A stretch of 64,000 nucleotides of DNA from an uncultured Christensenella sp. Lineage in GTDB: Bacteria; Bacillota; Clostridia; Christensenellales; UBA1242. Below, one piece after another: positions 56,262 through 64,000 of the stretch. The notes below the pieces were generated by a model. It searched no databases. It saw only the letters and a list, made by a program, of their open reading frames with translations, and was not told the origin of the DNA. Within the stretch, counting starts at the first letter, position 1; every line of letters starts with the position of its first letter. The DNA lies in assembly GCA_949296965.1 (NCBI GenBank), contig CASFQL010000010.1, positions 194,115-258,114 of the forward strand. Direction: 5' to 3'. The position numbers and the translations under genes were made by a program.

Positions 56262-58856
56262 ATGTCAGAAACAGCAAAATATTCGCCAATGATGGTTAAA
56301 TATTTTTCAACAAAAGAAAATTATAAAGATTGCTTATTGCTTTACAGATTAGGCGATTTTTATGAACTCTTCTTTGATGATGCTAAGATTGCATCTAAAA
56401 TTTTAGATATTGCTTTGACCGCTAGAAATTGTGGAAATGGAATGAAAGCCCCAATGTGTGGAGTCCCATACCATGCGGTTGACAGTTATATTTCAAAATT
56501 AATCGAAAGAGGATATAAGGTAGCAATATGTGAACAATTAACGGAACCTGTTGCTGGTCAAATTGTTGAAAGAGATGTTACTAGGGTTGTTACACCTGGG
56601 ACTGTTATTGAGTCTGAAATGTTAAACGAAAGTTTAAACAATTATATTCTTAGCATATATAAGAAAAACGATTGCTTAGGATATTCTTATTGTGATGTTT
56701 CGACAGGAGAATTTAAGGTTAGTCAATTTGAGAAAAATGTGATGTCGCAATTTATAGATTTACTATCAAGGATTAGACCTGTTGAAATTATTTGCAATTT
56801 TGAGGCGTTTGAACTTTCAACAAATAAAGAGTTAAAGTCGCTTGATTTTCTTCCAAATTTTTCAAAGCAAATTGATAATGATTTTGATTTAGATAATGCA
56901 AAGGAAAGCATAAAAAAACAATTTAACATTTTTTCTTTTGAAGGACACGATTTTGCAAAATTAAATTATGCTATTTGTTCAACGGGGGCATTAATAAAAT
57001 ACTTACTTGAAACTCAAAAGAGAAGTTTAAACCATATTAATAAAATAATTACTGAAAATAATACTGATTTTCTTCATATTGATTATAATGCTTGCAAAAA
57101 CCTCGAATTAATTGAAAACATTAAAGATAGAAAGAAAAAAGGTTCGTTATTAGGTCATTTAAGTTATACGAAAACTGCTATGGGTGCTAGACTCCTTCAA
57201 AGATGGATTTTACAGCCACTTAGGTCCCCAAAAGAAATAAATTCAAGGCTTGATTGTATTGAAGAGCTTTTCTATTCATCACTTATGCAAAGCGATATAA
57301 TTGAAGCACTTGGAGAAATTAATGATATAGCAAGAGTCTGTTCTAAAATTTCATATGGCTCAATATTACCAAGAGATTGTATCTCATTAAAAAATTCGTT
57401 AAATGGTGTCATTAATTTATATAATTTGGTAAAAGATTTAAAAAATGAAAAATTTTCTTGTTTGTTTAAAGATATTGACAGTATTTCAAATCTTGCAACT
57501 TTACTTGAAAATGCTTTTGTTGAAAATCCGCCTGCTGTAACTTCACTTGGTGGATATATTAAAGAAAGTTTTAATAGCGATTTATTTGATTTAAAAAATA
57601 TTTCAACTCAGGCAAATCAGTGGCTTGTTAACTTAGAGGCAAAAGAAAGAGAAGAAACAGGGATTAAAAATCTTAAAATAGGTTACAGTAGAGTTTTTGG
57701 CTATTATATTGAAGTTAATAAATCCCAAGAAAAATTAGTTCCTTATAAATACGAAAGAAAACAAACAATTTCTAACCACGAGAGATTTGTTACTGATGAA
57801 TTAAAAAGCATTGAAGAAAAAATTCTTAATGCACAAGATTTATCTATAAAATTAGAAAATACCATCTTTAACAAAATTAAAGATGAGTTAAAAAGTATGG
57901 TAGAGATAATTCAACAAACTGCAAGCGATGTTGCTTTTGTTGATGTTATTTCATCTTTATGTAAAGTTGCTCAAGAATGTAACTATGTTAGACCAAAAGT
58001 AAGTTCAAAATTTAAACACATTAAAATATCTAATGGTAGGCATCCTATTGTGGAAGCAAGTTTAAAGGGTGATACTTTTGTTCCAAATGACACTTATTTA
58101 GATGAAAATAATGATACAACAATGATTATTACAGGGCCTAATATGGCAGGTAAAAGCACTTATATGCGACAAATTGCTTTAATAGTTATAATGGCACATA
58201 TGGGGTCTTTTGTTCCTGCAACAGATACGGAAATTTGTATTGTTGATAGAATATTTACTAGAATTGGTGCTAGCGATGACTTGAATAGTGGACAAAGCAC
58301 TTTTATGGTTGAAATGGTGGAAGTTGCAAATATTTTAAATAATGCTACAAGTAAAAGTTTAGTTTTGCTTGACGAAGTGGGCAGGGGAACTGCTACATAT
58401 GATGGTATGAGTATTGCTTGGGCAGTCCTTGAATATATTAGTCAAAAAATTAAATCTAAAACTCTTTTTTCTACTCATTACCACGAAATAACAACATTAG
58501 AAGGTAAACTTGAAGGTGTTAAAAACTATAAAATAAGTGTAAAAGAATTTAATGATACAATAATCTTTTTACGAAAAATCACTCGTGGGACGGCAGATAA
58601 AAGTTTTGGTATTGAAGTTGCAAGTTTATCTGGTATATATGATGAAATAATAAAAAGAGCAAAAAATATTTTAAATCAATTAGAAAAAAATTCGGTAAAA
58701 TTTGAAATTAAAGCAAGCAATGATAAAACAGAAGATTTATCTCAAAGTCAAAAAGAGAATATTATAAATGAAATAAGAAATATCGATGTAAATAAACTTA
58801 GCCCAATGGAGGCCTTTGAGATTTTAGTCGATTTAAACAAGAAAGTTAGTAGGTAG
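56262..58856 (+). CDS. mutS: DNA mismatch repair protein MutS
   Basis: YSPMMVKYF...LYRLGDFYELFFDDA mismatch-binding domain; GPNMAGKSTYMRQ Walker A. Confidence 0.97.
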   Translation: MSETAKYSPMMVKYFSTKENYKDCLLLYRLGDFYELFFDDAKIASKILDIALTARNCGNGMKAPMCGVPYHAVDSYISKLIERGYKVAICEQLTEPVAGQIVERDVTRVVTPGTVIESEMLNESLNNYILSIYKKNDCLGYSYCDVSTGEFKVSQFEKNVMSQFIDLLSRIRPVEIICNFEAFELSTNKELKSLDFLPNFSKQIDNDFDLDNAKESIKKQFNIFSFEGHDFAKLNYAICSTGALIKYLLETQKRSLNHINKIITENNTDFLHIDYNACKNLELIENIKDRKKKGSLLGHLSYTKTAMGARLLQRWILQPLRSPKEINSRLDCIEELFYSSLMQSDIIEALGEINDIARVCSKISYGSILPRDCISLKNSLNGVINLYNLVKDLKNEKFSCLFKDIDSISNLATLLENAFVENPPAVTSLGGYIKESFNSDLFDLKNISTQANQWLVNLEAKEREETGIKNLKIGYSRVFGYYIEVNKSQEKLVPYKYERKQTISNHERFVTDELKSIEEKILNAQDLSIKLENTIFNKIKDELKSMVEIIQQTASDVAFVDVISSLCKVAQECNYVRPKVSSKFKHIKISNGRHPIVEASLKGDTFVPNDTYLDENNDTTMIITGPNMAGKSTYMRQIALIVIMAHMGSFVPATDTEICIVDRIFTRIGASDDLNSGQSTFMVEMVEVANILNNATSKSLVLLDEVGRGTATYDGMSIAWAVLEYISQKIKSKTLFSTHYHEITTLEGKLEGVKNYKISVKEFNDTIIFLRKITRGTADKSFGIEVASLSGIYDEIIKRAKNILNQLEKNSVKFEIKASNDKTEDLSQSQKENIINEIRNIDVNKLSPMEAFEILVDLNKKVSR

Positions 58857-58860
58857 AGAG

Positions 58861-60828
58861 ATGTCAAAAATAAATGTTTTAAGTAGTAAAGTTTATAATA
58901 GAATTTCCGCTGGCGAAGTTGTAGAAAATCCAGCATCAATAGTTAAAGAACTTGTAGAGAACGCCATTGATGCTGGAAGCACCTTTATTACAATAGAGAT
59001 TAATGATGGGGGCATCAAACAAATTAGGATAACAGATAATGGTTGCGGAATTTTGTTTGAAGATTTAGAAAAAGCATTTTTACCTCACGCTACAAGTAAA
59101 ATTTCTGTTGCAGAAGATTTAGATTGCATTGAAACACTTGGGTTTAGGGGTGAAGCATTAGCAAGTATTGCGTCCGTTTCTCAAATTGAGTTAATATCTA
59201 AGGCAAAAGAAGAAGATTTAGGCGGGAAAATTACTTTGTCTGGGGGCGAAGTTTTAGATTTAACACAATATAGTTGTAAGGATGGGACTATTATTTGTGT
59301 TAAAAACTTATTTTATAATACTCCTGCAAGATTAAAATTTTTAAAATCAAGTAAAAGAGAAGAAAGTCTAGTTACTAATATTGTAAACAGACTTATACTT
59401 GCTAATCCAAATTTGGCTTTTAAATATGTCATTGATGGTAAAATAATTTATAATTCAATTTTGAGTGGACTTAAAGAAAAAATTTTTAATGTCTATGGTA
59501 AAACTACAATAGAAAATTTAGTTTTTATACAAAACCAAAATGAAAAATATAAAGTATCTGGCTATATTTCAAAACCAGAGTTTTGCAAAAGTAACAAAAC
59601 CTATCAAACTCTTATTGTCAATGGTAGATATGTGGTAAACTCAACAATTTCTGTTGCTGTATCAAATGCGTATGAAAATTTTTTGATGAAGGGTAAATTT
59701 CCGTTTTTTGTTTTAAATTTAGACTTACCACTAGAAGATTTAGATGTAAATGTTCATCCTAGCAAAATGGAAGTTAAATTTAAAGATAACAACCATATTT
59801 ATACATTTATCTATTCAAGCATTTTAAAAGTTTTAAGCGAAAGTAACTATGCAAAAGCACTTTTATTTGAAGAAAATGAGAATAGTATTTTTGAAAAAAA
59901 TATTATAAACAAAGAAAATACAAATAATAACTTAAAAGAAGTAAAGGGCGGATTTAGTTTTAGTAATCTTAATAAACTTACAGAAGAATTAAAAAACATA
60001 TCAGTCCAAATGCCAAGTTATAATAAAGAAGTTACAACATTAAACAGCGACATTTCTTTGGAGTTTGATAATAATAATTTATATAAAACTTGTAAATATA
60101 ACGAAAGTTATGATACTGTTTCTAGTCAAAAAGATAAAGCGGATAATTTTGATAATTTTAATAATGTTTTTGCTAAAATAAACAAAGAAGATAATTCTTT
60201 TGTAAGTTTTGAGAGTAAAAAACAATTAAGAGAGCAAAAAGAATTTGAGAATTTAGACCTAAATTATAAAGTTATTGGAACACTTTTTAATACATATCTT
60301 TTGATAGAAAGTTCAAATAATTTTTATTTGATTGACCAACACGCAGGGCACGAAAGAGTTTTATTTGATAAGTTACTCAAAAATTTTGAGGATAAAAAAC
60401 AAATTTCTCAACCACTCTTAGTTCCATATGTTTTTGAAGTTAATAGTATTGAAAAAGATTTAGTCTTAGACAATATGCAAGTTTTTTTTGATTTAGGTTT
60501 TGAGATTGAACTATTTGGAAATAATTCATTCAAAATCAACACAATACCATTAGTCTTATCAGGTATTAATCTTGAAAGTTTTGTTAGTGATGCTTTAAAA
60601 AATATAAATAAAATTTCATCAACTAATAATGAAATTAAATATCATTTCGCAAAATGTGCTTGTAGAAGTGCAATTAAGGCGGGCGACCAACTTAGCAAAG
60701 AAGAAATCGAATTTTTATTAAATCAAATTATTACAAATAAAACTATTTTACTATGTCCACACGGTAGACCAATTTTTATAAGATTTTCACAAACAGAAAT
60801 AGAAAAAATGTTTAAAAGGATTGTTTGA
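58861..60828 (+). CDS. mutL: DNA mismatch repair protein MutL
   Basis: NRISAGEVVENPASIVKELVENAIDAG GHKL ATPase motif, a low-complexity linker and a C-terminal dimerisation/endonuclease domain. Confidence 0.96.
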   Translation: MSKINVLSSKVYNRISAGEVVENPASIVKELVENAIDAGSTFITIEINDGGIKQIRITDNGCGILFEDLEKAFLPHATSKISVAEDLDCIETLGFRGEALASIASVSQIELISKAKEEDLGGKITLSGGEVLDLTQYSCKDGTIICVKNLFYNTPARLKFLKSSKREESLVTNIVNRLILANPNLAFKYVIDGKIIYNSILSGLKEKIFNVYGKTTIENLVFIQNQNEKYKVSGYISKPEFCKSNKTYQTLIVNGRYVVNSTISVAVSNAYENFLMKGKFPFFVLNLDLPLEDLDVNVHPSKMEVKFKDNNHIYTFIYSSILKVLSESNYAKALLFEENENSIFEKNIINKENTNNNLKEVKGGFSFSNLNKLTEELKNISVQMPSYNKEVTTLNSDISLEFDNNNLYKTCKYNESYDTVSSQKDKADNFDNFNNVFAKINKEDNSFVSFESKKQLREQKEFENLDLNYKVIGTLFNTYLLIESSNNFYLIDQHAGHERVLFDKLLKNFEDKKQISQPLLVPYVFEVNSIEKDLVLDNMQVFFDLGFEIELFGNNSFKINTIPLVLSGINLESFVSDALKNINKISSTNNEIKYHFAKCACRSAIKAGDQLSKEEIEFLLNQIITNKTILLCPHGRPIFIRFSQTEIEKMFKRIV

Positions 60829-61775
60829 TGGATAAAACGATTTTAATTATTACAGGCCCGACCGCTAGTGGGAAGACAGATTTTGGAATATATTGTGCTA
60901 GAAAATTAAATGGAGAAATTGTTTCGTGCGACTCAATGCAAATATATAAAGACTTAAATATTGGAACCGCAAAACCAACTCAAACTGAACAATCTCAAAT
61001 TAAACATTATATGTTAGATGTTGTTAATCCAAAAGAAGATTTTAGTGTCCAACAATATGTTTTACAAGCAGAAAAATGTATAGATGAGATTTTTAAGAAA
61101 AATAAACTACCAATTATTGTTGGTGGAACAGGTTTATATATAAGGTCTTTAATTCACCCTTATTCATTTTGTTCATCAAATAAAGATGATAAAATAAGAG
61201 AGCATTATAACAATGTTTTAAAAGAAAAGGGGAAAGAATATTTATATTCTTTACTTAAAGAAAAAGATTTTGAGGCAAGCAAAAAAATTCATATGAATGA
61301 TACAAAAAGAATTATTCGTGCACTTGAAATTTTTGATACAACAGGTAAGAGTAAATCTCAGTTAAATGGAAATGATGAGATAAAACAAAATAAGTTCAAA
61401 TACATCTTAGTCGTCTTAAATATGGATAGACAAAAACTATATGAAAAAATTAATAAAAGAGTTGATGATATGCTGAGTAGAGGATTGCTAGATGAAATTA
61501 AAAATTTAGTTGATAGTAAAATTGTTGATAAGAATTGTCAATCAATGCAAGCAATAGGTTATAAAGAATTTTTTGATTATTTTGAAAACAAGATTACACT
61601 TGAACAAACGATTGATTTAATAAAAACTAATTCAAGGCATTATGCAAAAAGACAATTAACTTTTTTTAGGGGTTTTGATGACGCAGTGTGGTTTGATATA
61701 GAAAAAGATGGGAAAGAAAGAATTTTAAAATATATTGAAGAAAGGTTAGGAAAAATACAAAATGATAATAGATAG
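60828..61775 (+). CDS. miaA: tRNA dimethylallyltransferase MiaA
   Basis: ITGPTASGKT P-loop and CDSMQIYKDLNIGTAKPT. ATG 60828 overlaps the mutL TGA. Confidence 0.95.
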   Translation: MDKTILIITGPTASGKTDFGIYCARKLNGEIVSCDSMQIYKDLNIGTAKPTQTEQSQIKHYMLDVVNPKEDFSVQQYVLQAEKCIDEIFKKNKLPIIVGGTGLYIRSLIHPYSFCSSNKDDKIREHYNNVLKEKGKEYLYSLLKEKDFEASKKIHMNDTKRIIRALEIFDTTGKSKSQLNGNDEIKQNKFKYILVVLNMDRQKLYEKINKRVDDMLSRGLLDEIKNLVDSKIVDKNCQSMQAIGYKEFFDYFENKITLEQTIDLIKTNSRHYAKRQLTFFRGFDDAVWFDIEKDGKERILKYIEERLGKIQNDNR

Positions 61776-62985
61776 TAATATTGTAAAAGCAGAAGAAGAA
61801 TTAAAAGATGATTTTAAAAAGGCAGAAGAAATTGCATTAAAAAATTCTAACAAAATATTAAACGCATTTAAAAATAACAGAATTGGGGCAAACCATTTCT
61901 ATGGCTCAACAGGTTATGGATATGATGATGCGGGTAGAGAAAAATTACAAAAAGTTTTTGCCGATAGTTTTGGGGCAGAAGATGCTATTGTTTCCCAAGC
62001 AATTTCTTGTGGTACTGAGGCGTTAACCACTGTATTATATGGATTATTAAGACCAGGAGATACAATGCTTGCAATTACAGGTAAACCATATGATACACTT
62101 GATGAAACGATTTTTGGTCTTAAGGATGGCGATAATGGAAGTTTGAAAGACTTTGGAGTAAAATATAAGGCAATAGAACTTATAAACGGCAACTTTGATG
62201 AAGAAAAGATTATTGAAGCAGTAAAAGAAAACCCTAAGATGATTTATATTCAAAGGTCATGTGGTTATTTGCTTAGAAAAGCCATTAGAATTAATACATT
62301 GGAAGACATTATCAAAAAAATTAGAGCAGTTAATACTTCTAGTATTATTATGGTGGATAATTGTTATTGTGAATTTGTTGAAGAAAAAGAACCAACAGAA
62401 GTAGGTGCAGATGTAACCGCTGGCTCTCTTATAAAAAATCCGGGTGGCGGACTTGTTTCTAACGGCGGATATATTTGTGGTAAGAAAAAGTATATTGACT
62501 TGATTGCTGGTAGATTTACTTCACCATCTTTAAAAACGGAATTAGGTTCTTTTGAAGCAGGTTATAGACTTATGTATCAGGGAATTTTTATGTCCCCACA
62601 TACAGTTTTGCAAGCAAAAAAAGGTTCGATGCTTCTCGGTAGAGTTATGAAAAATTTAGGATATAAATTAGTTGATGACTCCAATGACCTTGCAGACATT
62701 GTTAGATCAATATATTTTGAAGATAAGGAAGACTTAATTAGTTTTTGTCAATCTGTTCAAAGTATGTCCCCTGTTGATAGTTTTGTTACTCCTATACCTA
62801 GTCCAATGGCTGGCTACGAGTGTGATATTATTATGGCTGCGGGGTGTTTTGTTCAAGGTAGCACGATGGAATTAAGTTGCGATAGTCCACTAAGAAAGCC
62901 ATATGTTCTTTATATTCAGGGGGGTCTTACTTATGAACACGTGAAATTGGCTTTAAACGATTATTTATTAAAAAGAAATGTTTAA
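61762..62985 (+). CDS. Aluminium-resistance / methionine gamma-lyase-like PLP family protein (YnbB-like)
   Basis: HFYGSTGYGYDDAGREKLQKVFADSFGAEDAIV is typical of this family. Commonly found near mutSL-miaA in Firmicutes. Confidence 0.85.
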   Translation: MIIDSNIVKAEEELKDDFKKAEEIALKNSNKILNAFKNNRIGANHFYGSTGYGYDDAGREKLQKVFADSFGAEDAIVSQAISCGTEALTTVLYGLLRPGDTMLAITGKPYDTLDETIFGLKDGDNGSLKDFGVKYKAIELINGNFDEEKIIEAVKENPKMIYIQRSCGYLLRKAIRINTLEDIIKKIRAVNTSSIIMVDNCYCEFVEEKEPTEVGADVTAGSLIKNPGGGLVSNGGYICGKKKYIDLIAGRFTSPSLKTELGSFEAGYRLMYQGIFMSPHTVLQAKKGSMLLGRVMKNLGYKLVDDSNDLADIVRSIYFEDKEDLISFCQSVQSMSPVDSFVTPIPSPMAGYECDIIMAAGCFVQGSTMELSCDSPLRKPYVLYIQGGLTYEHVKLALNDYLLKRNV

Positions 62986-63072
62986 ATTTTGTTTTTAAAA
63001 AAAATATTAAAATCTTATTATAAAAATATAAATAAAACAATCTAACTTGATTCTGAAAGGTTAGAAAAAAGG

Positions 63073-63161
63073 GGAACTCTGTGTCAAAAGTTTCACTTTT
63101 GGGTGAAGTTTGAAAAACTTCACTGTAAAAATTTTGTAAAAATTTTTACGCACAGAGTTCC
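63073..63161 (-). repeat. Four-way-junction intergenic element, copy g (inverted hairpin order)
   Basis: Closing stem GGAACTCTGTG / CACAGAGTTCC encloses CAAAAGT-ttc-ACTTTTG, GTGAAGTTT-gaaa-AACTTCAC and GTAAAAATTTT-gta-AAAATTTTTAC. T6 follows on the minus strand. Confidence 0.85.
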
Positions 63162-63213
63162 ATTTTAAATTAAATATAGTTTTAGGAAAATATTATAATA
63201 AAAACATAAACAT

Positions 63214-63275
63214 AAGTTAAAATCAATAAGTTAAAATAATAAGTTAAAATCAATAAATTAAATAAGTTGATTTTA
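63214..63275 (+). repeat. Short tandem AAGTTAAAAT(C/A)AAT repeats
   Basis: AAGTTAAAATCAAT (63214), AAGTTAAAATAAT (63228) and AAGTTAAAATCAAT (63241), then degenerate AAATTAAAT and AAGTTGATTTT. Confidence 0.75.
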
Positions 63276-63314
63276 ATATGAAGTATAAAAGTAAAAATAT
63301 ATTTATATAAAAAA

Positions 63315-63335
63315 ACTCCCATTTTAAATGGGAGT
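63315..63335. terminator. Hairpin terminator between convergent genes
   Basis: ACTCCCA-ttttaaa-TGGGAGT. A7 lies upstream and TATCTTTTT downstream, so on the minus strand the hairpin is followed by T7, terminating the 63343-64000 gene. Confidence 0.7.
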
Positions 63336-63342
63336 TATCTTT

Positions 63343-64000
63343 TTATAAATTTGGGGTTTGTTCATCAGGGTGTTCAATTGACGGTTTATCAGTGCTTGAA
63401 GTATTAGGGTCTTGTGTATTTCCACCAGAACTTCCACCAGATGAATGACCACCACTCCTATCTATTGTATAAGTTGTAGGCTTAAACAATTCATGTTGCC
63501 TTATTGATTTTTCAACTTGTGGGTTTTTACTATCAAAAGAATAAACTCCACCAATTCCAGCAGAGAAATTTGTATCAAATAAATTATTTATGGAAGATCC
63601 AACTTTTGCATACAATGTAAGAGTATCTTTATCATTATTTACAGGTATATTGACTCCACCAAATGCAGACAATTCTGTTGTTGGGTTAGTAGGAACACCA
63701 GAAACTCCTGCTTCTCCACCAACAAAGCCAGAAACTTTTCTTTTATCTCCATTATTATCTTGGCTATTGATTTCAATATAATTATTTCTTTTATCTTCAC
63801 TATTTAATTGACTTAAATTTGATAGATTAATATTTGGGTCATTTTTCATTGTTTCAATAATCTTTTTATATTCATCAATTGTTGGATTTTCAAGATCTAA
63901 TTGACTTAAATTTGATAGATTAATATTTGGGTCATTTTTCATTGTTTCAATAATCTTTTTATATTCATCAATTGTTGGATTTTCAAGTTGTTCAACTTTT
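63343..64000 (-). CDS. Hypothetical tandem-repeat protein, partial (frame stays open past the right window edge)
   Basis: The 93-nt / 31-aa unit MKNDPNINLSNLSQL(D/N)(L/S)ENPTIDEYKKIIET is repeated, with DNA repeat starts at 63808 and 63901. The same frame continues as ...VEQLENPTIDEYKKIIET to position 64000. The C-terminal part is Gly/Ser-rich with no family I recognise. Confidence 0.65.
   Translation of the reverse strand, partial: KVEQLENPTIDEYKKIIETMKNDPNINLSNLSQLDLENPTIDEYKKIIETMKNDPNINLSNLSQLNSEDKRNNYIEINSQDNNGDKRKVSGFVGGEAGVSGVPTNPTTELSAFGGVNIPVNNDKDTLTLYAKVGSSINNLFDTNFSAGIGGVYSFDSKNPQVEKSIRQHELFKPTTYTIDRSGGHSSGGSSGGNTQDPNTSSTDKPSIEHPDEQTPNL

Noticed and set aside
1-64000. Alternative genetic code (TGA = Trp, as in Mollicutes), suggested by the very low G+C.
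   Set aside because: Conserved proteins are full length with Trp encoded by TGG. Several genes terminate at TGA, in ATGA/TGATG overlaps at 4291-4294, 32766-32770 and 60826-60830.
1-64000. Search for a protein-based novel system (defence island, toxin-antitoxin, prophage, transposon, secretion or biosynthetic cluster).
   Set aside because: Every ORF over about 100 aa is assignable to housekeeping or sporulation functions in conserved synteny. The exceptions are one membrane protein (40786-41394), the ARH/radical-SAM pair and the edge repeat protein. None of these forms a recognisable multi-gene system.

Overview
AT-rich (roughly 30% G+C by eye, not computed) chromosomal core segment of an endospore-forming Firmicute. 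It uses the standard genetic code: TGA acts as a stop and Trp is TGG. There are about 64 protein genes, all but two on the + strand, in blocks that follow classical Bacillus/Clostridium order: smc-ftsY-ylxM-ffh-rpsP-KH-rimM-trmD; rbgA-rnhB-yraN-rplS; comM-dprA-topA-trmFO-hslVU; trxA; nifS-nifU; rpsB-tsf; ruvX-DUF1292-lysS; ytxC-[T-box]-thrS-infC-rpmI-rplT; efp-spoIIIAA..AH-asp23-nusB-xseAB-proS; argR-recN-spoIVB-spo0A-spoIIM-punA-dacF; scpAB; PBP1A (minus strand); miaB-mutS-mutL-miaA. Reading by eye, I saw no rRNA or tRNA genes, CRISPR arrays, transposases, integrases, prophage or recognisable defence genes. The unusual content is non-coding. (1) A family of ~90-100 nt intergenic elements (7 copies) each folds into a closed four-way junction, meaning a closing stem plus three hairpins, with base-pair-preserving sequence variation. 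(2) A related 167-nt composite element occurs as a 3x tandem array plus one solo copy. (3) A 22-bp tandem array and other AAGTTAA-word repeats lie next to them. These cluster in two unusually long ORF-free regions directly upstream of the spoIIIA operon and of spo0A. I do not recognise them as a named RNA or MITE family, but novelty cannot be established without database searches. Secondary observations: a Spo0A homologue with a degenerate receiver pocket; an IscU-like protein keeping only one of three canonical Cys ligands; an ATT-start infC behind an L20-type attenuator; a Thr (ACC) T-box; an ADP-ribosylglycohydrolase plus radical-SAM insertion in the trmD/rplS block; and a tandem-repeat protein running off the right edge.
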